DNA of 21,911 nt from Erysipelotrichaceae bacterium (GTDB lineage: Bacteria > Bacillota_I > Bacilli_A > Erysipelotrichales > Coprobacillaceae). The stretch's first letter is position 1. Each line of letters opens with the position of its first letter. Shown here piece by piece: positions 7,538-14,320 of this stretch. The position numbers and the translations under genes were made by a program. The stretch is taken from positions 1 through 21,911 of the forward strand of contig JAQVDW010000030.1 in the NCBI GenBank assembly GCA_028698185.1, written 5' to 3'. The notes beneath the pieces were generated by a model. It had not been told where the DNA came from. It ran no database searches and saw nothing but the letters and a program-made list of their open reading frames with translations.

Positions 7538-8695
7538 ATGAAAAACTTGCCACGAATATCCATCGGTCTGGATAATTTTCGCGCCTGTTTGCTAGAACTT
7601 GGATTGGACGCCCTTGAGGGGGTGAAGATCCATGTCGGCGGCACCAATGGCAAAGGGTCCACCGTCAATTTCCTTTGCGAGGCACTGATGACCAACTATA
7701 AGGTTGCGACTTTTCAAACCCCCGAACTGTTTGAACGCAACGACATCATCCAGATCGACAAGAAATCCATTTCACCGGAACTGTTCAAAGAACTCTATCA
7801 CCGTTACTTGTGGGCAATCGAGAAGTACTCCCTTTGCTTGTTTGAAGCGGAGCTGGTCATCGCGTTTTCCTATTTCAAGGACCGCGCGCCCGACTATATC
7901 ATTGTCGAGGTGGGCCTTGGCGGCCAAAAGGATCCCACCAATGTCCTGACATACGATCTGGCTTTGATCACGAATGTGGGTCTGGACCACCAGGAGTATC
8001 TGGGTTCGACCCTTGAACAGATCGCCACCACCAAGGCTGGAATAATCAAAAACGCCACCCCGGTAATAACCGGAGCCACCCAGGATGAGGTCCGGGCCAT
8101 TTTCGCGGAATTTGCCATAGCAAACGGCTGCGCCTTTGTCGAGGTTGGCGATTATAAATACCGGGATAAAATCCTGGATTGCCTGGGCTATCGCATCGGG
8201 CCGCTGGCGAACGATTACCAGGTCAAAAACATCGCGCTGGCCATCAGTGCGCTCGAATATTTGAGAAAAAATGGGACGATTTTACAAAAAGATGCTATAA
8301 TTAGGGCAATCGAAAATTCCGGCCTGCCCGGACGTTTTAGCCAGGTCAATGAAAGGTTGATCGTTGACGGTGCCCATAACGTTCCTGGAATCGAGGCGCT
8401 TCTGGTCAACCTGAAAAACTTTGACGATCCCTTGGTGGTGTTCAACAGTTTCGCCGACAAGGATTACCAGAATATGTATCGCCTGCTCCTGGATAAGAAG
8501 TACCGGGTTGTGATCTACTACGATGACCATCCCCGCTCGATCAGGCAAGGCGATCTCAAAGGTGACTCCATCGCGAGTCTTAGTGAGCTTGAACAGCTTG
8601 TCAGCAGGAATGAGATTACCGTGGTTTGCGGTTCGCTGCATTTCGCGTTGAAGATTTACCGCCATTTCAAAAAACAAGAAAAGAAGGAAGGATGA
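7538..8695 (+). CDS. folC: Folylpolyglutamate synthase / dihydrofolate synthase
   Basis: Mur-ligase P-loop HVGGTNGKGST, plus EVGLGG, TNVGLDHQ and DGAHN motifs. Length is 385 aa. Confidence 0.85.
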   Translation: MKNLPRISIGLDNFRACLLELGLDALEGVKIHVGGTNGKGSTVNFLCEALMTNYKVATFQTPELFERNDIIQIDKKSISPELFKELYHRYLWAIEKYSLCLFEAELVIAFSYFKDRAPDYIIVEVGLGGQKDPTNVLTYDLALITNVGLDHQEYLGSTLEQIATTKAGIIKNATPVITGATQDEVRAIFAEFAIANGCAFVEVGDYKYRDKILDCLGYRIGPLANDYQVKNIALAISALEYLRKNGTILQKDAIIRAIENSGLPGRFSQVNERLIVDGAHNVPGIEALLVNLKNFDDPLVVFNSFADKDYQNMYRLLLDKKYRVVIYYDDHPRSIRQGDLKGDSIASLSELEQLVSRNEITVVCGSLHFALKIYRHFKKQEKKEG

Positions 8696-9432
8696 GCGAT
8701 ATGGATTATCAGGTAGTGCTTGAAGAATTTGAGGGGCCCCTTGACCTGCTTCTCCATCTGATCAAGGAAAAGCAGATGGACCTGGAAAACCTCGAGCTGG
8801 CCAAGGTCTGTGACCAATACGTCAGTTATGTCACCGATATGCAAAACCAGAACCTGAATATCCTTTCGGAATACCTGGTGATGGCGGCCAACCTTCTGGA
8901 AATGAAATCGAAGCTGCTGCTTCCCAAGCCGGTAGTCACAATCGAAGGCGAATATGAAGAAGATCCCCGCGAAGCGCTGGTCCGCCGGTTGATTGAGTAC
9001 AAGCGCTACAAGGATGTCCTGGACCAGTTCAAGGAGAAATATGAGAGCCGCCAGACGATGATCATCAAACCGGCCAGCTCGATGGAGGAGTTTGTCGTCG
9101 ACACCACGACAATCATTCCCGACAATCTTGACGTCTACCTGCTGATCAAGGCGATGAAAAAGATGTACCAGCGCCTCGCGCTGTCGCGGCCGCTGCAGAC
9201 CCATATTGCCCGGGTCGACATCTCGATCGACCAGCGCTGCGAGCAGATAGCCGCTTACTTTGCCAGAAGGCGGGGTCAGCGGGTATTGCTTGAGACGCTT
9301 ATGGAAGACGACAACAGCAGGATCAACTATGTGGTGACGTTCCTGGCGGTCTTGGTCCTTTGCAAGGACCAGAAGGTCGTTATCGAACAGGATGAGTTAT
9401 TTGAACAAATGTATGTTTTGGGGGTAAGTTAA
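8692..9432 (+). CDS. scpA: Segregation and condensation protein A
   Basis: The N-terminus MSDMDYQVVLEEFEGPLDLLLHLIKEKQMDL is the ScpA kleisin signature. I chose the ATG at 8692 (ATGA overlap with the folC stop) rather than the track start at 8626, which lies inside folC. Confidence 0.9.
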   Translation: MSDMDYQVVLEEFEGPLDLLLHLIKEKQMDLENLELAKVCDQYVSYVTDMQNQNLNILSEYLVMAANLLEMKSKLLLPKPVVTIEGEYEEDPREALVRRLIEYKRYKDVLDQFKEKYESRQTMIIKPASSMEEFVVDTTTIIPDNLDVYLLIKAMKKMYQRLALSRPLQTHIARVDISIDQRCEQIAAYFARRRGQRVLLETLMEDDNSRINYVVTFLAVLVLCKDQKVVIEQDELFEQMYVLGVS

Positions 9433-10013
9433 TGAGCGATAAGGAATATTTTGAAATCATCGACGGCATGCTTTTCTTGCGTGGCGATGATGGAATAGAT
9501 TTGAAGACTATCCAGGTTGTGCTTGAACTCGACAAGCTGTCAACACAAATTCTCCTGGACAAGTATTTGGAGCACAAAAGACAGGGTGACCAGGGCATCG
9601 TGGTGGTGAATTTCAACAACGTTTACAAGATGGCCACCAATCCCAAATATGTCGCCTATTACCAGAAGATGGCCGACCAGAACAAGGCCCGTCTTTCAAA
9701 TGCGGCCTTGGAGACATTGGCGATTGTCGCCTACAACCAGCCGATCACCCGCAATGCGATCGAGGAAATCCGGGGCGTGGGCTGCGATGCGACTATACGC
9801 AACCTTGTCGCCCGGGCTCTGATCAAGGATTATGGCCGGGCCGATTTGCCGGGAATGCCGATTCTTTACGGGGTCACCGATGAATTCTTCGATGCCTTCA
9901 ACCTGACATCGCTTGATGAACTGCCGGAACTCGAGGAGGTCCATGCCGCCAACAATGTCGACATCTTTGCGACCCGCTATCACGAGACGCTCGAGGACTA
10001 CAATGAGTATTAA
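9432..10013 (+). CDS. scpB: Segregation and condensation protein B
   Basis: LSNAALETLAIVAYNQPITRNAIEEIRGV...RNLVARALI is the ScpB winged-helix signature. There is a TAATG overlap with the scpA stop. Confidence 0.9.
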   Translation: MSDKEYFEIIDGMLFLRGDDGIDLKTIQVVLELDKLSTQILLDKYLEHKRQGDQGIVVVNFNNVYKMATNPKYVAYYQKMADQNKARLSNAALETLAIVAYNQPITRNAIEEIRGVGCDATIRNLVARALIKDYGRADLPGMPILYGVTDEFFDAFNLTSLDELPELEEVHAANNVDIFATRYHETLEDYNEY

Positions 10014-10530
10014 AAATACATGGCGTCATTTCCACCTGATAACCAGCCATAAATATCATGTCGCCCGGTTTTGTTTCAAGTGCGGTCTCTACAGACAAGG
10101 GGTGCTCCATGATCTGTCGAAATACACGCCGGTCGAATTCAAGACCGGAATCAAATATTTCAACGGGCAGAAATCGCCCAACGGGGTCGAACGCAAGGAA
10201 AACGGCTATTCCCTGGCCTGGCTCCATCACAAGGGCCGCAACCGTCACCACTGGGAATTCTGGGTCGATTTCACCGGAGAAGGCACGGTGGCTTCAAGGA
10301 TGCCCGAGGTCTATGTCATCGAGATGTTCATCGACCGGGTCTGCGCGAGCATGGTCTACAACAGGGGGGGCTTCTCTAATGGCGACCCGCTTAAGTATTA
10401 CTTGCGTACCCGGGAGTACTGTATTTTCCATCCTGAAACGGAGGCTCTTTTGGTCGAGTTGCTCGAACATCTCGCAAGCAGCGATATCTTTGCGACTTTG
10501 GAATACATCAAGAAGGAATACCTGAAATGA
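10003..10530 (+). CDS. DUF5662-like uncharacterised His-rich protein (often mis-annotated as catalase)
   Basis: MSIKNTWRHFHLITSHKYHV...GVLHDLSKY...AWLHHKGRNRHHWEFWVDF matches my recollection of the DUF5662 family. I chose the ATG at 10003 (GAGGA 5 nt upstream). The upstream part of the track ORF lies inside scpB. Confidence 0.65.
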   Translation: MSIKNTWRHFHLITSHKYHVARFCFKCGLYRQGVLHDLSKYTPVEFKTGIKYFNGQKSPNGVERKENGYSLAWLHHKGRNRHHWEFWVDFTGEGTVASRMPEVYVIEMFIDRVCASMVYNRGGFSNGDPLKYYLRTREYCIFHPETEALLVELLEHLASSDIFATLEYIKKEYLK

Positions 10531-11444
10531 AGTTCATGCAATTGAAGTACGTCCTCGAGGTTGACCGGGTCGGGTCGATCAAGCAGGCGGCCCAAAGCCT
10601 CAATGTCAACCAGCCCTATCTTTCCCGGACAATCCACGCCCTGGAGGAGGAAATCGGGACCCAGCTGTTCGAACGGACATCAAAGGGGGTCGAACCGACC
10701 TTGAAGGGCCGGCTTTTTCTTGACAAGGCCCGCCAGGTGATCAACGAGCTCGATGACCTCCAGATGCTTTTCTACCAGTATCCCACATCAATCAGGCTTC
10801 AGGTGGCGCTGCCCCGGGCAAGCTATCTAGCCAAGGCCTACACTGACTTGCTGGCCCATATCGACTTCAACAAGACGACGCTCGATTTCAACTATCTTGA
10901 GACCAGTTCGGAAGAGGTGATCAAGCTTATTCTCGAATCCCAGTTCGACCTGGGCGTGGTCCGCTATAGCGCTCTCCAGGAGAAGCAATATTGCCAGTTG
11001 CTCTATGACAAGAACCTGAAAAGCCAGAAGCTCTGTGTCTTCCAGGCCCAGATCCTAATGTCCAAGCACCATCCCCTGGCAGGCAAACCGATCATAAATC
11101 TTGACGATCTGAAAAATTACACCCAGCTCTACCACGGCGACAACGATTTTTTCCTGTCACCCCACAATTATGAGAATACCCTGGAAAATCATCGGTTCTC
11201 CAAACGGATCCTGATCTATGAGCGGGCCAGCCAGCTCGAGATGCTCTCGACCCTGACCGACACCTTCATGTGGGTTTCGCCGATGCCCCAGTCGATCCTC
11301 GACCGTTACGGTTTGATCACACGCAAAGCCGACAACATCTGTGTCCAGTACACCGACATGCTGATCTACCGGGACAACTACACGCTGACCAAGTACGATC
11401 ACCTTTTTATCGAGTTGGTGAACAAGAATATCAATCTTTTCTAG
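10527..11444 (+). CDS. LysR-family transcriptional regulator
   Basis: N-terminal HTH MQLKYVLEVDRVGSIKQAAQSLNVNQPYLSRTIHALEEEIGTQLFERTSKGVEPT. At 305 aa it has a C-terminal substrate-binding-like domain. There is an ATGA overlap with the previous stop. Confidence 0.9.
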   Translation: MKFMQLKYVLEVDRVGSIKQAAQSLNVNQPYLSRTIHALEEEIGTQLFERTSKGVEPTLKGRLFLDKARQVINELDDLQMLFYQYPTSIRLQVALPRASYLAKAYTDLLAHIDFNKTTLDFNYLETSSEEVIKLILESQFDLGVVRYSALQEKQYCQLLYDKNLKSQKLCVFQAQILMSKHHPLAGKPIINLDDLKNYTQLYHGDNDFFLSPHNYENTLENHRFSKRILIYERASQLEMLSTLTDTFMWVSPMPQSILDRYGLITRKADNICVQYTDMLIYRDNYTLTKYDHLFIELVNKNINLF

Positions 11445-11471
11445 ATATGCCTGATTTGGCATATCTTTTTT
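11443..11471 (+). terminator. Intrinsic terminator after the lysR-family gene
   Basis: The 9-bp stem agatatgcc (11443-11451) pairs with ggcatatct (11458-11466) around the loop tgattt, followed by a T-run to 11471. Confidence 0.8.
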
Positions 11472-11504
11472 GACTAACAGGCATAACTCCAATAAGCGCT
11501 TCCA

Positions 11505-11513
11505 TGTTAAAAT
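11505..11513 (+). promoter_or_regulatory. Extended -10 promoter for the alcohol dehydrogenase gene
   Basis: TGtTAAAAT, with TG at 11505-11506 and TAAAAT at 11508-11513, lies about 29 nt upstream of the ATG. An AAAGGAGG RBS sits at 11527-11534. The inverted repeat GTTAA-N4-TTAAC (11506-11519) overlaps it. Confidence 0.5.
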
Positions 11514-11541
11514 ATTAACTAGATAAAAGGAGGACTAATCA

Positions 11542-12717
11542 ATGTCTAGATTCACATTACCACGTGATATTTATCACGGTTCAGGTTCACTGGAAAATTT
11601 GAAAAATTTGAGCGGTACAAAAGCGATGGTCGTTGTGGGAGGCGGGTCGATGAAGCGCTTCGGCTTCCTTGACCGGGTAACCGATTATTTGAACGAAGCG
11701 GGAATGGAAGTCGCCCTGTTTGAAGGGGTTGAACCGGATCCGTCAGTGGAAACCGTGAAGCGCGGTGCCAAGGCCATGCTCGAGTTCGAACCGGATTGGA
11801 TCGTATCCATCGGGGGCGGTTCGCCAATCGATGCGGCCAAAGCGATGTGGGCTTTGTATGAATATCCAGAAGTGTCATTCGAAGATCTGATCACTCCGTT
11901 TTCATTCCCGACATTAAGAAAGAAAGCCAAATTCTGTGCGATTCCTTCGACTTCGGGGACGGCAACCGAAGTGACGGCGTTTGCGGTCATCACCGACTAC
12001 CAGAAAGGGATCAAATACCCGCTGGCGGATTTCAATATCACGCCTGATGTGGCTATCGTCGACCCTGACCTGGCGTTGACCATGCCCAAGAAACTGACCG
12101 CCCATACTGGTATGGATGCTTTGACCCATGCCATCGAGGCTTTTGTGGGGACAATCCACTCCAACTACACCGACCCATTGGCTATGGCGGCCATTGAGAT
12201 GGTCGACAAACATCTTGTTGCTTCTTATGAAGGTGACGAGAAAGCAAGACGCCAGATGCATGATGCCCAATGTCTGGCAGGGATGGCATTTTCGAACGCC
12301 TTGCTGGGAATTGTGCATTCGATGGCCCATAAGACAGGTGCTGCCTACAGCGGCGGTCATATCGTCCATGGCTGCGCCAATGCGATGTATCTGCCAAATG
12401 TCATCCGATTCAATGCGGAAAATGATGAAGCGGCGGAGCGCTATGCTTTGATCGCTCAGCGTCTTGGACTTGATGGGAAAACGACCGATGAACTGGTTGA
12501 TGCCCTGATCGACAGAATCAATGAGCTGAATGCCCGGCTGGGAATTCCATCATGCATCCAGGATTACGAGGGTGGTATCATTGACGAATATGAATTCATG
12601 GAAAAGCTTCCTGAAGTGGCGAAAAACGCTATCGCCGATGCCTGCACCGCAACGAATCCACGTATCCCGACCCAAGCGGAAATGGAAGAGTTGCTAAGAG
12701 TCTGCTACTACGGATAG
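11542..12717 (+). CDS. Iron-containing (group III) alcohol dehydrogenase
   Basis: GGGSPIDAAKA nucleotide-binding motif, His-rich metal-site segments (HTGMDALTHAIEA, VHSMAHKTG, HGCANA), 391 aa. Confidence 0.9.
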   Translation: MSRFTLPRDIYHGSGSLENLKNLSGTKAMVVVGGGSMKRFGFLDRVTDYLNEAGMEVALFEGVEPDPSVETVKRGAKAMLEFEPDWIVSIGGGSPIDAAKAMWALYEYPEVSFEDLITPFSFPTLRKKAKFCAIPSTSGTATEVTAFAVITDYQKGIKYPLADFNITPDVAIVDPDLALTMPKKLTAHTGMDALTHAIEAFVGTIHSNYTDPLAMAAIEMVDKHLVASYEGDEKARRQMHDAQCLAGMAFSNALLGIVHSMAHKTGAAYSGGHIVHGCANAMYLPNVIRFNAENDEAAERYALIAQRLGLDGKTTDELVDALIDRINELNARLGIPSCIQDYEGGIIDEYEFMEKLPEVAKNAIADACTATNPRIPTQAEMEELLRVCYYG

Positions 12718-12753
12718 GTTGTTGTTTTACCCGTTTTCGAATAATTGATCAAA

Positions 12754-12775
12754 TGCCCGCCTTTTATGGCGGGCA
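12754..12775 (+). terminator. Hairpin terminator candidate after the adh gene
   Basis: The stem tgcccgcc pairs with ggcgggca around the loop ttttat. The downstream T-tract is weak (caattgttt). Confidence 0.5.
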
Positions 12776-12976
12776 CAATTGTTTAATCGGGATTTCATCT
12801 AATTTGAGCGGGCGGCAATTTCCTAGATCTTGCCATTTACATTGGGGATGACCTGGTTTCTTTGAACCAGACGGTGTGCCAGTTTTTAATTATCGGGTTC
12901 AAGACAAATGATCTTTTCTGTCTATAAGTTGCCGATGTATCTTTGAATGCAAATTATTTCACTGATTCTTTGATTG

Positions 12977-12985
12977 TGATATAAT
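12977..12985 (+). promoter_or_regulatory. Extended -10 promoter upstream of the orphan ORF
   Basis: TGaTATAAT, with TG at 12977-12978 and TATAAT at 12980-12985, lies 20 nt upstream of the ATG at 13006. The -35 is poor. Confidence 0.5.
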
Positions 12986-13005
12986 GGAGAAGAGAAGGTG
13001 AGATC

Positions 13006-13245
13006 ATGAAGGGTTTTGAAGCGATACCGGATAGTCAGATTGACGACTATCGGATTATTTCCACTTATTTTACCGATTTGATATCTTTTTGCCTTTCCAA
13101 GGATGTCAACTGGGCGATTTACTATTTTTATCTCAAATGTCAGGAGAATGATATCAACATCTCCATATCCGATATCATCGTCGAGCCGATCCGTGATTTC
13201 ATCATCAGAAAGGCCAGTGAAAATCAGGAACATTACGTAAATTAG
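13006..13245 (+). CDS. Hypothetical 79-aa protein (orphan; no family recognised)
   Basis: An ATG with the GAAGGTGAG Shine-Dalgarno-like sequence ending 6 nt upstream, and a consensus extended -10. No transmembrane segment or motif that I recognise. An antisense 103-aa ORF (12922-13233) covers the same DNA but has no RBS. Confidence 0.4.
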   Translation: MKGFEAIPDSQIDDYRIISTYFTDLISFCLSKDVNWAIYYFYLKCQENDINISISDIIVEPIRDFIIRKASENQEHYVN

Positions 13246-13307
13246 TATTGTTTATTCCAGTATTTTAGGTTATCATGTAGTCGAATCTAAAAGAAAGAGG
13301 TAGTGAC

Positions 13308-14036
13308 TTGGAAAGATTGCAAAAATATATCGCAAAAAGTGGTTATACGTCGCGACGCAAAGCCGAAGACCTGATAGTTGAAGGCCGCGTTAGTGTAAAT
13401 GGAGAAACTGTCACTACACTAGGAACTAAAGTAAAATCGGGAGATATTGTTTTAGTTGATGGCAAACCACTTAAAGGCGAAAACAAAGTTTATTATGTTT
13501 TTTACAAACCGAAAGGTACAATTTGCTCATTGAAGGATGAACATGGCCGTCCTTTGGTTACTGATTATTTTACTGATGTGTCAGAACGGATATATCCCGT
13601 TGGCCGTCTCGACTTCGATACAACCGGGGTATTGCTTATGAGCAATGACGGGGAGTTCACGAATATGATCACCCATCCGCGTTCCCATCTAGAAAAGATC
13701 TATGAAGTGTCAATCAAAGGTCTTCTTAAAGGGGAAACGATCCGCAAGCTCGAAAAAGGGGTATACCTCGAAGGTGTCAAAACCCTGCCATGCAAGATCA
13801 AGATTATCGGCAAGGATATTGAGCATAAGACAACCATGCTCCAGATCAAACTTTATGAAGGCAAGAACCGTCAGGTCAAGAAGATGTTCGAAAGTGTCGG
13901 ACATCCAGTCAAACGTCTCCACCGCTTGAAAGTCGGTTGCGTCGATTTGAAATACATGACACCGGGGACATACCGGATGCTCAAGCCTCAGGAAGTGAAG
14001 GATCTTAAAAAACTGGCAAGCGGAAACAAATTCTAA
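13308..14036 (+). CDS. rluB: 23S rRNA pseudouridine synthase, RluB/RsuA family (S4 domain plus catalytic domain)
   Basis: MERLQKYIAKSGYTSRRKAEDLIVEGRVSVNG is an S4 domain. The catalytic motif is GRLDFDTTGVLLMSNDG. TTG start with AAGAAAGAGG upstream. Confidence 0.85.
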   Translation: MERLQKYIAKSGYTSRRKAEDLIVEGRVSVNGETVTTLGTKVKSGDIVLVDGKPLKGENKVYYVFYKPKGTICSLKDEHGRPLVTDYFTDVSERIYPVGRLDFDTTGVLLMSNDGEFTNMITHPRSHLEKIYEVSIKGLLKGETIRKLEKGVYLEGVKTLPCKIKIIGKDIEHKTTMLQIKLYEGKNRQVKKMFESVGHPVKRLHRLKVGCVDLKYMTPGTYRMLKPQEVKDLKKLASGNKF

Positions 14037-14065
14037 CCGATGCCATGCCAATCGGATCAAAACTA

Positions 14066-14093
14066 TTGACAAAAAACAATAAAAGTATATGAT
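14066..14093 (+). promoter_or_regulatory. Sigma-A promoter for the thrS leader
   Basis: Perfect TTGACA (14066-14071), a 16-nt spacer, then TATGAT (14088-14093). Confidence 0.65.
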
Positions 14094-14099
14094 TTAGAT

Positions 14100-14312
14100 A
14101 CAAGCGAAAATATAGGACACGTTGAACAAGCAGGTCGGAACAGCGAAAAGATGGTTGGTGAAAATCTTGGCGGCTCTTGTTTGGTACTCCCTATTAGCTG
14201 CCAGTAAAAGCCTGGCCGTTGACTGCGTTAAGGTCTTGAGGCGGCGTTAAGCCGTAAATAAAGGTGGTACCACGGTCTTCGTCCTTTGACGGAGGCCTTT
14301 TTATATTGAGGA
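14100..14312 (+). promoter_or_regulatory. T-box leader (tRNA-sensing riboswitch) with a terminator/antiterminator, controlling thrS
   Basis: The T-box core aaaGGTGGTACCacgg lies at about 14259-14275. It overlaps the 5' arm of a 10-bp terminator stem (14274-14283 pairing with 14288-14297, loop cttt) followed by TTTTT (14298-14302). Upstream there is a Stem-I-like element with a TGGTGAAA distal-loop motif and CCGTT/GCGTTA F-box-like elements. The candidate Thr specifier ACU is at 14186-14188. Confidence 0.8.
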
Positions 14313-14320
14313 GGAATATT

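Noticed and set aside
8626-8691. N-terminal extensions offered by the ORF track: scpA from 8626, DUF5662 from 9913, thrS from 14264, thyA from 16324, pfp to 21850
   Set aside because: In each case the extension lies inside the upstream gene or a regulatory RNA structure and lacks an RBS. An internal ATG with a good GGAGG-type RBS reproduces the canonical family N-terminus.
8656-9204. A 182-aa minus-strand ORF opposite scpA, and a 155-aa plus-strand alternative-frame ORF at 10058-10525 inside the DUF5662 gene
   Set aside because: Both overlap frames with recognisable conserved protein signatures. Their Arg/Ser-rich products are typical of off-frame translation.
12781-12900. An imperfect direct repeat, gtttaatcgggatttca (12781) versus gtttttaattatcgggttca (12884), as possible insertion-site duplications
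   Set aside because: It is too short and degenerate. No inverted repeats, integrase or transposase lie between or beside the copies, so it is compatible with chance in AT-rich DNA.
12891-12910. A tRNA-like T-loop string (cgGGTTCAAGAc) in the AT-rich spacer
   Set aside because: No complementary T-stem, acceptor stem or anticodon arm can be drawn around it, so it is not a tRNA or a tRNA remnant I can support.
14037-14065. A hairpin ccgat...atcgg after rluB as a terminator
   Set aside because: It has only a 5-bp stem with a 9-nt loop and no T-tract. It is probably not an efficient terminator, and the thrS promoter begins immediately after it.
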